NCBI GenBank assembly: GCA_034530615.2
Contig: JAVRCV020000008.1
Coordinates: 64,001 to 128,000 of the forward strand
From: Aulosira sp. ZfuVER01
GTDB taxonomy: Bacteria > Cyanobacteriota > Cyanobacteriia > Cyanobacteriales > Nostocaceae
Direction of reading: 5' to 3'
DNA length: 64,000 bases
Shown: piece after piece, positions 48,981-59,300 of the stretch
Layout of the letters: each line of letters begins with the position of its first letter
How positions within the stretch are numbered: the first letter of the stretch is position 1
Notes under the pieces: generated by a model
What the model was told of the DNA's origin: nothing
What the model saw: only the letters and a program-made list of their open reading frames with translations
Databases searched by the model: none
Position numbers and translations under genes: made by a program

Positions 48981-49362
48981 TTGTGTTGTGCATATTTTCT
49001 GTTCACTCTTAGTCTAAATTATTTAATTTTGTAGACTAAATGGACTTCAAATGAAGGCTGAATTATCAAGTATGTAGACGCATAGCGGCTTGCCGCAGGC
49101 TGGTATGAAATTAACCCATAAATAAAAGGATGGGGCTAAAATTGCGGAAAAACTTAATTTTTTCGTCTAGACTTCTACAAGCTTAGTGTCCTCATTGTCC
49201 CCCTTCCTTGCATCCTTTATCGTTCATCTTTTGCAATTTGAATGATTATTTAGCTGAAAAATTAGCCTGAACGAGCAACTTTTTCGGACAAAGTAAGCAG
49301 CTTAATAATTTTCTGGGAACTTCAACATCGCTTATTCAATTTTCAGAGAAAGTCAAAATCCA

Positions 49363-52300
49363 ATGTTCAGTTACTTTCAAGATGCATCTATCCACCAGCT
49401 GTTTGAAGTTCAGGTTGAGCAATCACCTGATTCTATAGCGGTAGTATTTGAGGGAATAGAAAGTCACCTTCAAGTTTCTCACAGCGCTAACAGCTTTCTT
49501 ACCTACAAAGAGTTAAATGTCCGTGCCAATCAATTAGCGCATTACTTAAAAACTCTAGGCGTAGGGCCAGAAGTATTGGTGGGTATTTGTGTAGAGCGTT
49601 CCCTTGAGATGATTGTCGGGGTGTTAGCCATCCTCAAAGCAGGTGGTGCTTACCTTCCTCTTGACTCTAACTATCCTAAAGAGCGTTTGGCGTTCATGCT
49701 GGAAGACTCTCAAATTTCTGTTTTAATAACTCAGCAACGTTTCCTGGAATCTCTCCCTAGCAACACAGCACAAATAATTTGCTTAGATACAGATTGGACT
49801 GGAATTGCCGAACACAGCCAACAAAATCTTATTTGCGAAGTCACTTCAAACAATCTCGCTTATGTGATTTACACATCTGGATCTACAGGTAAACCAAAAG
49901 GTGTTTTAGTTCCACACGCCGGAGTTGGCAATTTAGCCAGAGAACAGATCCGCATCTTCGATGTCCAACCAGATAGCCGGGTTCTGCAATTTGCTTCCTT
50001 TAGCTTTGATGCGTCTGTTTCAGAAATTTTCATGGCATTGCTAGCAGGCGCAACGTTAGTTTTAGCAACACGGGACTCTTTAATGCCAGGAACGGGTTTG
50101 CTCAAGTTGTTACGCGAACAGCGAATTACGACAGTTACCTTACCTCCATCCGCCTTAGCTGTTCTACCCATACAAGAATTACCCGATTTGCGATCGCTCA
50201 TTGTTGCAGGCGAAGCCTGTCCCCCAGAACTGATTAACCGTTGGGCACCTGGCCGTCGCTTCTTCAACGCTTACGGCCCAACAGAAGCTACGGTTTGCAC
50301 AACAATTGCCGAATGCACTCCTAGTGTTAAAAAACCGTCTATTGGCTATCCGATTGCTAACAAGCAAGTTTATTTATTAGACGAACAGTTAGAACCTGTG
50401 CCTGTTGGTGTAGTTGGCGAGTTATATATTGGCGGGTTGGGTTTAGCAAAAGGCTATCTCAACCGACCGGAATTGACGGCAGAGAAGTTTATTTTGAAGA
50501 AGGCAGGGGGTTGGGGAGCAGAGGAGCAGGGGGGCAGAGGGGCGGAGGAGCCTGTCACTAGACTTTACAAAACTGGGGATTTAGCTCGTTACCTTCCTGA
50601 TGGTAGCCTGGAGTTTTTGGGACGCATTGACGAGCAAGTTAAAGTTCGGGGTTACAGAATTGAACTAGGTGAAATTGAAGCGGTAATTGGGCGACATCCA
50701 GGTGTGCAGCAAGCAGTCGCGATCGCACGCGAAGACGTACCGGGGCAGAATCGCTTAATTGCTTATGTCGTGCAAAATCCTGAGTACGAAGGTGAACCGG
50801 AACAAGTTGCCGATTTAGAGGCTGAGTTTATCTCCCAATGGCAAAGCGTTTCTGATGAAACTTACAAACAAACCACTGGCGATCGCGCATTCAATTTTGC
50901 TGGATGGAATAGCAGTTACACGGGTTTACCGATCCCAGAAGCACAAATGCGCGAATGGGTTGAGCAAACTGTGGCGCGAATTCAATCTTTGCAACCAAAC
51001 CAAGTTTTAGAACTCGGTTGCGGAACGGGGATGTTGATGTTCCGCATTGCACCACAGTGCAGCCTTTATTGGGGAACTGATTTTTCTCAACAAGTACTGG
51101 GCTATCTCCAACAACAATTGCAGCACCTAAAGTTACCGCAAATCAAGTTAGGACACCGCACGGCAGATAACTTTGCAGGTATTGAACCAGCCAGCTTTGA
51201 CACGGTAATTTTAAACTCGGTTAGCCAAAACTTCCCCAGCATCGACTATATGGTGCAAGTGATGTCAGGGGCAGTCAAGGCAGTGAAACCAGGCGGTCGC
51301 ATTTTTATCGGGGATGTTCGCAGTTTACCGTTGTTGGAGGCATACCACGCTTCCGTGCAGCTGTATCAAGCTCCCGATTCGCTAACACGAACGCAATTAC
51401 AAGAACAAGTGCGATCGCGTTTTGCCCAAGAAGAAGAACTCGTCATCGATCCTGGCTTTTTTCTCGCCTTGCAACAGCATTTTCCCGAAATTAGCCGGGT
51501 GCAAATTCAACTTAAACGCGGTGTTCATCACAATGAATTAACTCGCTTCCGCTATGATGTCACCCTCCACATCGGTAGCGAAGTTAGTTCCTCAGCTGAT
51601 ATCACTTGGTTAGACTGGCAACAGCAACAACTGACGTTACCAGCTCTCCGCCGATACCTCAGCGAAACTCAAACGGAGATTTTGGGATTGCGAGGTGTTC
51701 CAGATGCACGTTTAGCCACAGAAGTCAAGACTTTAGAATGGTTGGCGAGTGGGGATGGTGTTGAGACAGTTGAAGAGTTTCTTGCCCAGATATTGCCAAC
51801 CCTGGAAGGATGGGGAGTAGATCCAGAAGATCTGTGGGCATTGAGCGAAGACCTACCATACAACATCGATATCATTTGGTCTCTTGTTGCAGGCTTTTAC
51901 GATGTGGTGTTGCAGCGCCGAGATACCCCACCCCTCAAGGATAAAATTTTTGAGCATGAGGAAGGAGTGACCAATGACGGCAGTTGCTTCAAGCCGGGGA
52001 ACCCGTCCAACGCACTGCCTCCCCAATGCTCAATGACGGCAGTTACTACCACGGGCAGGCAGCCGTGTGGTGAGGCAGTCCGGTCTTGGGGGTTTCCCCC
52101 AGGAGGAACTGCCGAAAGGGTTTCCCGACTTGAGCCGACTGCCGTGGAAACCCCCACAACACACTGCCTCCCCAATGCCCAATGCCCAATGCCCCATGCC
52201 CATCTGTGGAATGCTTACGCCAACAATCCCCTGAAAAGTAAACTGGCTCGCAAGCTGATTCCCCAACTGCGGAGTTTCTTGCAAGAAAAGTTACCTGACT

Positions 52301-55300
52301 ATATGATGCCCGATCGCTTTCTGTTGTTGGATAGCTTGCCAATTACGCCCAACGGCAAAGTCGATTGCAAAGCACTACCAGCACCCGACGCAACTAGACC
52401 GGAATTGGCAGAAAACTTTGTGCTATCACGCACGCCCTTAGAAACAGAACTTACACAAATTTGGGCAGAAGTGCTGGGAATAGAACAAGTTGGCGTTCAA
52501 GACAACTTCTTAGAATTGGGCGGACAATCTTTACTTGCGATTCAGGTAGTTTCTCGTATCCGCGACAATTACCAGGTAGATTTGCCGATGCGATCGCTGT
52601 TCGACTCGCCCACCATCGCCCAACTTGCCCAACAAATCGAAAGCACTCAGAAAAATTCTAGTTTGCAAGTGCCTGGGATTGTTCCTGCTCCTCGGCATCA
52701 AAACATACCGCTTTCGTTTGCTCAACAGCGCTTCTGGTTCTTTGAACAATTAATTCCAGGTACTTCTTTATCTCATGAGTCTACCGAGCTACGTCTGCCT
52801 AATTTGCAGAATATAACAGCCTTAGAACGAAGTTTTAACGAAATTATCCGACGGCATGAAATTTGGCGCACTACCTTTGAAATGCTTGATGGGCAAGCGA
52901 TTCAAGTTATTCATCCCAACCTTTACATCCCCTTACCTGTTGTAGATTTGCAAGCACTTCCCACCGCCGAACGAGAAGCAGAAGCGTTACGGTTTACCAC
53001 CGAACAATCACAAACACCCTTTAACTTAACGCAATTACCTCTAATTCGAGCGATTTTATTCAAATTTAGCGAGACTGATTATCGTTTGTACATGACAATG
53101 CACCATATCATCTTTGATGGTTATTCTCTGTACAACGTCTTTTTGCCAGAATTAGCAGTACTTTACGAAGCCTTTTTTGAAGACAAACCTTCTCCATTAC
53201 CAGAATTATCGATTCAGTATGCAGACTTTGCATATTGGCAACGGCAATGGTTGCAAACAGAAATTCTCACGCCCCAACTGAATTACTGGAGAAACCAGCT
53301 TGCCAATCTTTCCATGTTGGAATTACCGACCGATCGTCCGCGTCCAGTAATGGAAACCTTCCGAGGTGCAAGACATTTAGTCAAGTTACCCAAACAATTG
53401 ACTGAGGAACTGAAGAAACTGAGTAGTCGTAAGGGAGTCACTTTGTTTATGACCTTGCTAGCCGGGTTTAAAACACTACTAGCGAGGTATGCCCAACAAG
53501 ATGATATTGCTGTAGGTACGCTACTTTCTGGAAGCAATCGCCCTGAAATAGCTGAATTAATTGGGATTGTAATTAATAACCTCGTCTTGCGAACAGACCT
53601 TTCCGGTAATCCCAGTTTCTCAGAACTACTCTTACGGGTACGAGAAACTACTTTAGGCGCTTATGCCAATCAAGACGTACCATTTCAAAAGTTAGTTGAA
53701 GTCCTGCGACCAGAACGCCACCTCAGTCATCATCCTTTATTTCAAGTATTGTTTATCCTAGAACCACCAGCATTAGTATTAGAGTCTGGCTGGAGTTTAC
53801 GTTCCTTAGTTGTAGATACAGGAACGTCAAATATGGATATAACGCTTTCACTGGGCGATCGCCCTGAAGGTTTAGAGGGCTACCTTGAGTACAACAGCGA
53901 TTTATTTGATGGCACAACCATTACTCGGATGGTTGGGCATTTCCAAACTCTATTACAAAACGTTGTTGCTAATCCCGAACAAAAACTTTCAGAGTTACCT
54001 TTACTAACACAAGCACAAAAGCAACAGTTGCAGCTTGAGAACGACACCCAGACCGATTATTCTCTGAATTTATGCTTGCATGAATTATTTGCCGCACAAG
54101 TCGAACGTTCTCACGATGCTGTTGCAGTAGTGTATGAAAATGAGCAGTTAACCTACCAAGAACTCAACGCTAGAGCAAATCAACTAGCACATTACCTACA
54201 AAAGCTAGGTGTAGGTAAAGAAGTACTAGTAGGAATTTTTGTCGAGCGTTCCCTTGATACGGTAATTGGCATATTGGCTATCCTGAAAGCGGGTGGTGCT
54301 TATGTACCGCTAGATCCCAGCTATCCACAAGAGCGATTAGCCTTTATCTTGCAAGATTCTCAAGTGTCTGTGTTGTTGACTCAGCAGCATTTGACGGAGA
54401 CTTTATCGCCACATCAAACCAGGATTATTTGCCTAGACACAGCTTGGGAAACAATCGCCAATGAAAGCCAAGAAAACTCGATCGGTGATTGTACAACTGA
54501 CAACCTCGCTTATATTATCTACACCTCAGGCTCAACGGGTAAACCCAAGGGTGTATTAGTAAATCACAGTAATGTAGTCCGCCTGTTCACAGCCACAGAA
54601 TCTTGGTATCACTATGATCAACAGGATGTCTGGACTCTTTTTCATTCGATTGCCTTTGATTTTTCAGTTTGGGAAATGTGGGGTGCTTTGCTATACGGTG
54701 GAAAGTTAGTAGTAGTACCGTATTTGATCGGTCGTTCACCCTCAGATTTCTATAAATTGTTGGTAACGCAGCAAGTTACAGTACTCAACCAAACACCTTC
54801 AGCTTTTACTCAACTGATACAAGCAGAGGAAGCTTTGGGAGTTGATAAAAAGCTGAGTTTGCGATTAGTGATTTTTGGTGGTGAAGCTTTAGAACTTCAG
54901 AGTTTAAAACCTTGGTTTGACAAGCATGGCGACCAAGTTCCCCAATTAGTGAATATGTACGGGATTACAGAAACAACTGTGCATGTGACTTATCGCCCAA
55001 TAGCGATCGCAGATTTAGAAGCAGGATTAGGAAGTGTTATTGGTCGTCCAATTCCTGACTTACAACTTCACTTACTAGATAGGTATCAGCAGCCAGTACC
55101 GATTGGAGTTATGGGTGAGATGTACATTGGTGGTGCTGGTGTAGCACGAGGTTATCTGAACCGCCCAGAACTAACTAACCAAAAGTTTATCCCCAATCCC
55201 TTTAGCAAAAAACTTAATGCACGCTTGTATCGTTCTGGTGACTTAGCCCGTTACTTACCCAATGGCGATATTGAATATTTAGGACGTATCGACCAGCAAG

Positions 55301-56292
55301 TGAAAATCCGTGGTTTCCGGATTGAACTGGGTGAAATTGAGGCGGTATTGAGCCAGCACCCAGATGTCCGGGAAGCAGTAGTTGTTGTGCAAGAAGAGAC
55401 AGGTGACAAGCGACTACTAGCTTATGTTGTCACTGCTCATTATCCAGAACGAGTGCCTTATCAAGTTGCTTGTCCGGTGGAATTTACTGGAAAAGGAACA
55501 GCCATTTTAGACACTGAGGATATCTCTAGCAGTGGAGTTTGTTTGGTCGGTGCTACTGATGTAGAACCGGGTCAGCCTGTCCGTCTGCGCCTACAAATAC
55601 CGGGTTCCCATGAGGAACGGTGGTTAGTGGGAAGTATTGCTTGGCAACAAGGAAATCGAGCCGGAATTCAACTTGACCTGACACCCGATTTGCAAGAGTT
55701 GTGGGAGCAAGGTGTCCATTATCTGCTGGAAACCCAAGGCTTTTTGAAAGTTTGGCAGCGCACGGTTAGTGCTAGCTTACGAGATTTTCTCAAGCAGAAG
55801 TTACCTCAGTACATGGTGCCTAACAGTTTTATTCTGCTGGATACTTTACCGCTGACTCCTAGTGGCAAAGTTGATCGTAGAGTCTTGCAGCAACAACGTT
55901 CTACAACCGTAGCACCACCAGCCAAGCCGGAATTAGAAGCAGAATTGGCATCACCTCGGAATGCGATCGAGCAGGTTGTGACTGATGTTTGGGCTGAAGT
56001 TCTGAAATGCGATCGCATCGGTATTCATGACAACTTCCTAGATTTGGGAGGACACTCGCTAATAGCAACGCAGGTGATTTCTCGATTACGCAATCTTTTT
56101 CAGGTGGAATTGCCTTTACGTTTGATGTTTGAGTCTCCCACTGTGGCGGAACTCGCAGCAGCAGTTGCTCAACTTCAAAACACTCCAGCAATTGCCCCAG
56201 AACCCGCTATTACATCAGTATCTCGTGCCGCGTATCGCATGAAGCGATCTGCCCTTAACAAAGGCACAGATGGAAATGGCAGCAAAGGATAA
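49363..56292 (+). CDS. NRPS1: A(Tyr; interrupted by N-methyltransferase)-T-C-A(Thr; interrupted by PilZ-like domain)-T
   Basis: YTSGSTGKPKG x2, MT VLELGCGTG, T domains LGGQSL and LGGHSL, C domain HHIIFDG; hand-read codes DASTIAAVCK and DFWNIGMVHK. Confidence 0.95.
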   Translation: MFSYFQDASIHQLFEVQVEQSPDSIAVVFEGIESHLQVSHSANSFLTYKELNVRANQLAHYLKTLGVGPEVLVGICVERSLEMIVGVLAILKAGGAYLPLDSNYPKERLAFMLEDSQISVLITQQRFLESLPSNTAQIICLDTDWTGIAEHSQQNLICEVTSNNLAYVIYTSGSTGKPKGVLVPHAGVGNLAREQIRIFDVQPDSRVLQFASFSFDASVSEIFMALLAGATLVLATRDSLMPGTGLLKLLREQRITTVTLPPSALAVLPIQELPDLRSLIVAGEACPPELINRWAPGRRFFNAYGPTEATVCTTIAECTPSVKKPSIGYPIANKQVYLLDEQLEPVPVGVVGELYIGGLGLAKGYLNRPELTAEKFILKKAGGWGAEEQGGRGAEEPVTRLYKTGDLARYLPDGSLEFLGRIDEQVKVRGYRIELGEIEAVIGRHPGVQQAVAIAREDVPGQNRLIAYVVQNPEYEGEPEQVADLEAEFISQWQSVSDETYKQTTGDRAFNFAGWNSSYTGLPIPEAQMREWVEQTVARIQSLQPNQVLELGCGTGMLMFRIAPQCSLYWGTDFSQQVLGYLQQQLQHLKLPQIKLGHRTADNFAGIEPASFDTVILNSVSQNFPSIDYMVQVMSGAVKAVKPGGRIFIGDVRSLPLLEAYHASVQLYQAPDSLTRTQLQEQVRSRFAQEEELVIDPGFFLALQQHFPEISRVQIQLKRGVHHNELTRFRYDVTLHIGSEVSSSADITWLDWQQQQLTLPALRRYLSETQTEILGLRGVPDARLATEVKTLEWLASGDGVETVEEFLAQILPTLEGWGVDPEDLWALSEDLPYNIDIIWSLVAGFYDVVLQRRDTPPLKDKIFEHEEGVTNDGSCFKPGNPSNALPPQCSMTAVTTTGRQPCGEAVRSWGFPPGGTAERVSRLEPTAVETPTTHCLPNAQCPMPHAHLWNAYANNPLKSKLARKLIPQLRSFLQEKLPDYMMPDRFLLLDSLPITPNGKVDCKALPAPDATRPELAENFVLSRTPLETELTQIWAEVLGIEQVGVQDNFLELGGQSLLAIQVVSRIRDNYQVDLPMRSLFDSPTIAQLAQQIESTQKNSSLQVPGIVPAPRHQNIPLSFAQQRFWFFEQLIPGTSLSHESTELRLPNLQNITALERSFNEIIRRHEIWRTTFEMLDGQAIQVIHPNLYIPLPVVDLQALPTAEREAEALRFTTEQSQTPFNLTQLPLIRAILFKFSETDYRLYMTMHHIIFDGYSLYNVFLPELAVLYEAFFEDKPSPLPELSIQYADFAYWQRQWLQTEILTPQLNYWRNQLANLSMLELPTDRPRPVMETFRGARHLVKLPKQLTEELKKLSSRKGVTLFMTLLAGFKTLLARYAQQDDIAVGTLLSGSNRPEIAELIGIVINNLVLRTDLSGNPSFSELLLRVRETTLGAYANQDVPFQKLVEVLRPERHLSHHPLFQVLFILEPPALVLESGWSLRSLVVDTGTSNMDITLSLGDRPEGLEGYLEYNSDLFDGTTITRMVGHFQTLLQNVVANPEQKLSELPLLTQAQKQQLQLENDTQTDYSLNLCLHELFAAQVERSHDAVAVVYENEQLTYQELNARANQLAHYLQKLGVGKEVLVGIFVERSLDTVIGILAILKAGGAYVPLDPSYPQERLAFILQDSQVSVLLTQQHLTETLSPHQTRIICLDTAWETIANESQENSIGDCTTDNLAYIIYTSGSTGKPKGVLVNHSNVVRLFTATESWYHYDQQDVWTLFHSIAFDFSVWEMWGALLYGGKLVVVPYLIGRSPSDFYKLLVTQQVTVLNQTPSAFTQLIQAEEALGVDKKLSLRLVIFGGEALELQSLKPWFDKHGDQVPQLVNMYGITETTVHVTYRPIAIADLEAGLGSVIGRPIPDLQLHLLDRYQQPVPIGVMGEMYIGGAGVARGYLNRPELTNQKFIPNPFSKKLNARLYRSGDLARYLPNGDIEYLGRIDQQVKIRGFRIELGEIEAVLSQHPDVREAVVVVQEETGDKRLLAYVVTAHYPERVPYQVACPVEFTGKGTAILDTEDISSSGVCLVGATDVEPGQPVRLRLQIPGSHEERWLVGSIAWQQGNRAGIQLDLTPDLQELWEQGVHYLLETQGFLKVWQRTVSASLRDFLKQKLPQYMVPNSFILLDTLPLTPSGKVDRRVLQQQRSTTVAPPAKPELEAELASPRNAIEQVVTDVWAEVLKCDRIGIHDNFLDLGGHSLIATQVISRLRNLFQVELPLRLMFESPTVAELAAAVAQLQNTPAIAPEPAITSVSRAAYRMKRSALNKGTDGNGSKG
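51950..52200 (+). repeat. In-frame insertion of nested small dispersed repeats + STRR in the NRPS1 MT/A junction
   Basis: GC-rich segment encoding GSCFKPGNPSNALPPQC...LPNAQCPMPHA; shares CAAGTCGGGA(A/G)ACCCTTTCGGCAGT (reverse strand) with the intergenic element near 48770. Confidence 0.8.
55441..55760 (+). other. PilZ-like domain inserted between A8 and A9 of the Thr adenylation domain
   Basis: ERVPY...EDISSSGVCL...PGQPVRLRLQIPG...GSIAWQQGNRAGIQL between KRLLAYVV and LRDFLKQKLPQYMVP. Confidence 0.8.
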
Positions 56293-56303
56293 AGGAGAAA
56301 AAA

Positions 56304-59300
56304 ATGATACACAAGCTTCCTAACAACTCCTATGGGACTGGTGAAAATTCTTTGGCTGCTGATGAGGAAGAAGTCTTTGTTTTTCCTCTCTCCTTTGCCC
56401 AACAACGGTTGTGGTTTCTCGACCAGTTGATTCCCAACAGTCCAATTTACAACATTCCCGGTGCTGTACAATTCCAAGGACGATTGGATCGGGTGGCTCT
56501 TGAAAAGAGTTTTAGCGAAATCGTTCGTCGCCACGAAGCTCTGCGAACCACCTTTGTAATTGCAGATGGTCAACCCATGCAAGCTGTAGCTGCTGTGGAA
56601 CAAGACTCTAACCTACAGCGTTACTACTCGTTGCAAGAAATAGACCTCAGCCACTTAAGCGAACCAAACCGCCAGACGGAAATCGCAAGACTGGCAACCG
56701 CAGGAGCTAGACAACCATTTAACTTAGAACAAGAGCCGCTACTGCGAGTTACGCTTTTATGTCTTAGCGAACAGGAGTACATCTTCCTCACTACGATACA
56801 TCACATCATCTCCGATGGTTGGTCGCTGAGTATGTTCATGCGGGAATTGATGGCACTTTACCATGCTTTTTCCCAAGGACAGCCCTCACCTCTTCTCGAC
56901 CTCCCCATCCAATACGCAGACTTTGCTCTCTGGCAGCGAGAGTGTTTGCAAGGCGAACTCCTCACCAGTAAACTCGCTTATTGGCAGCGACAACTTGCTG
57001 GTTCTTTACCCGTGCTGCAACTCCCCACCCAAAGAACGCGGCCCGCTGTTCAGTCTTTTCTGGGGGCGCGACAAACGTTCGCCCTATCCTCAAAGTTCGC
57101 TGAGGCGCTGAAGTCCTTCGCTCGTCAGGAAAGCGTAACTGTGTTTATGACGCTGCTGACAGCGTTCAAAACCTTACTTTACCGCTACACCGGACAGGAA
57201 GACATTTTAGTCGGTTCGCCCGTTGCTAATCGTCAACGTCCTGAACTCGAAGGGTTGATGGGCTTTTTTGTCAATACTTTGGTGTTGCGAACTGACCTAT
57301 CTGGCAATCCGTCGTTTAGAGAATTGCTGACTAGAGTACGGGAAGTAACCCTAGAAGCTGACGCTCACCAAGATGTGCCTTTCGAGAAACTGGTAGAAGC
57401 ACTGCAAATTGAACGCGAACTGAGTCGAAATCCCCTGTTCCAAGTCGCCTTTGTCATTGCGCCCCCGATGCCAGTCCTAACTCCACCGTGGAGTTACTGC
57501 CAGTTAGATATGGATACGGGTACAGCAAAGTTCGATTTGACGCTGGCAATAGAGGAAAGACCAGAGGGTTTTATCTGTGCGTTTGAATATAGCACCGATT
57601 TGTTTGAGGCAGATGCGATCGCTCGGATGGTCGGACATTTCCAGACTTTGCTCGCAGGTATCCTTGCTAACCCAGACCAGTGCATTGGTGAGTTACCCTT
57701 GCTAACTGCATCTGAGTGGCAGCAGATGCAGTCTTGGAATCAAACCCAAGTTGATTATCCCCAAGGGTGCATTCATCAGCTATTTGAGGCACAGGTTGAG
57801 AAAAATCCCGATGCGGTGGCTATGGTTTTTGGAGAGCAGCAATTAACCTACCGCGAACTGAATACCAAAGCCAATCAACTCGCGCATTACCTACAAAGCC
57901 TTGGTGTTGGGCCAGAAGTATTGGTGGGGATTTGCGTTGAGCGATCGCTCTATACCTTAATCGGCATCTTGGGCATTTTCAAAGCAGGTGGTGCATACTT
58001 GCCACTCGATCCCGCTTATCCTGCCGAACGTTTGGCATTCATGTTAGAGGATGCTCAAGTTCCGGTGCTGCTAACTCAGCATTCATTAGGTATCGAGCGA
58101 ACACACCGCCAATCATTACAAAAGACAACCATCGTTCATCTAGACAATTGGCAGGCAAATACTGATGGTGAGGAAAACCCTGTTTCTGGTGTCACTTCTG
58201 ATAACCTAGCCTATACAATCTACACTTCTGGCTCTACAGGCAAACCTAAAGGTGTTCTGCTGACACATCACGGGCTGTGCAATCTAGCTAAAGCACAGCA
58301 GCAGCTTTTCAACGTGCAGCCAAACCACCGTGTTTTGCAATTTGCATCCCTCAGTTTTGATGCTTCTATTTGGGAAATTGTCATGGCTTGGGTAGGTGGT
58401 GCCACCATTGTTCTAGCCCAGCAGGACGATTTGCTTCCAGGTAATACTTTGCTGAAGTTGTTGCGCGACCAGCAGATCGCAATTGTTACCTTGCCTCCCT
58501 CAGCTCTAGCAGTTTTGCCAGCAGCGGAACTTCCTGATTTGCAGACAATTATCGTTGCGGGAGAAGCTTGTCCTCCTGAGCTAGTAAAACGTTGGGCACC
58601 TGGTCGTCGTTTCTTCAATGCTTACGGCCCAACGGAAAGCACTGTCTGTGCCACTGTTGCTGAATGTAACCCAGGCGATCAAAAGTTACCCATTGGTTAT
58701 CCAATTGCGAATACCCAGGTTTACATACTTGACGCTAACCTACAGCCTGTTCCTGTTGGCGTTCCTGGTGAAATATACATTGCTGGAGTTGGGTTAGCAC
58801 GCGGCTACCTCAATCGACCTGAATTGACGGCAGAGAAGTTTATTTTGAAGAAGGCAGAGGGAGCAGGGAGCAGGGAGCAGGGGAGTCACCTCGATCTTGG
58901 GGTTTCACGCCACTCCCCTCAAGTCGGTAGACCCGCCCACGGGGGTGGCTCCCCAAGTAGAGCAAGTGGCGTAGCAGGGGGAGAATTCCTAACTCCTCAC
59001 TCCTCACTCCTCACTCAGTACTCAGGACTCAGGACTCAGCACTCACAGGAGCGTCTGTATAAAACTGGCGACTTAGCTCGTTATCTTCCTAATGGTAATA
59101 TAGAATACCTTGGACGCATTGATAATCAAGTAAAAATTCGCGGTTTCCGAATTGAACTGGGTGAAATTGAGACGGTTGTGAGCCAGCATCCAGATGTCAA
59201 GGAAGCGATCGCCATAGCACGAGAAGACTTATCAGGTGACAAGCGGCTGGTTGCTTATATTGTCTGGCAGCCGAAACCGAATCGGGTGCCTTATGAAAGC

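Noticed and set aside
48219..49362. c-di-GMP riboswitch or NtcA site upstream of the NRPS
   Set aside because: Looked for because of the PilZ inserts; no GEMM-like GCAAA...GACGCAAAG pattern or clean GTA-N8-TAC found by eye. The GC-rich parts are dispersed repeats.
51950..52200. Intein or intron in NRPS1
   Set aside because: No intein C/S...HN termini or group I/II intron features; the sequence matches intergenic dispersed repeats.
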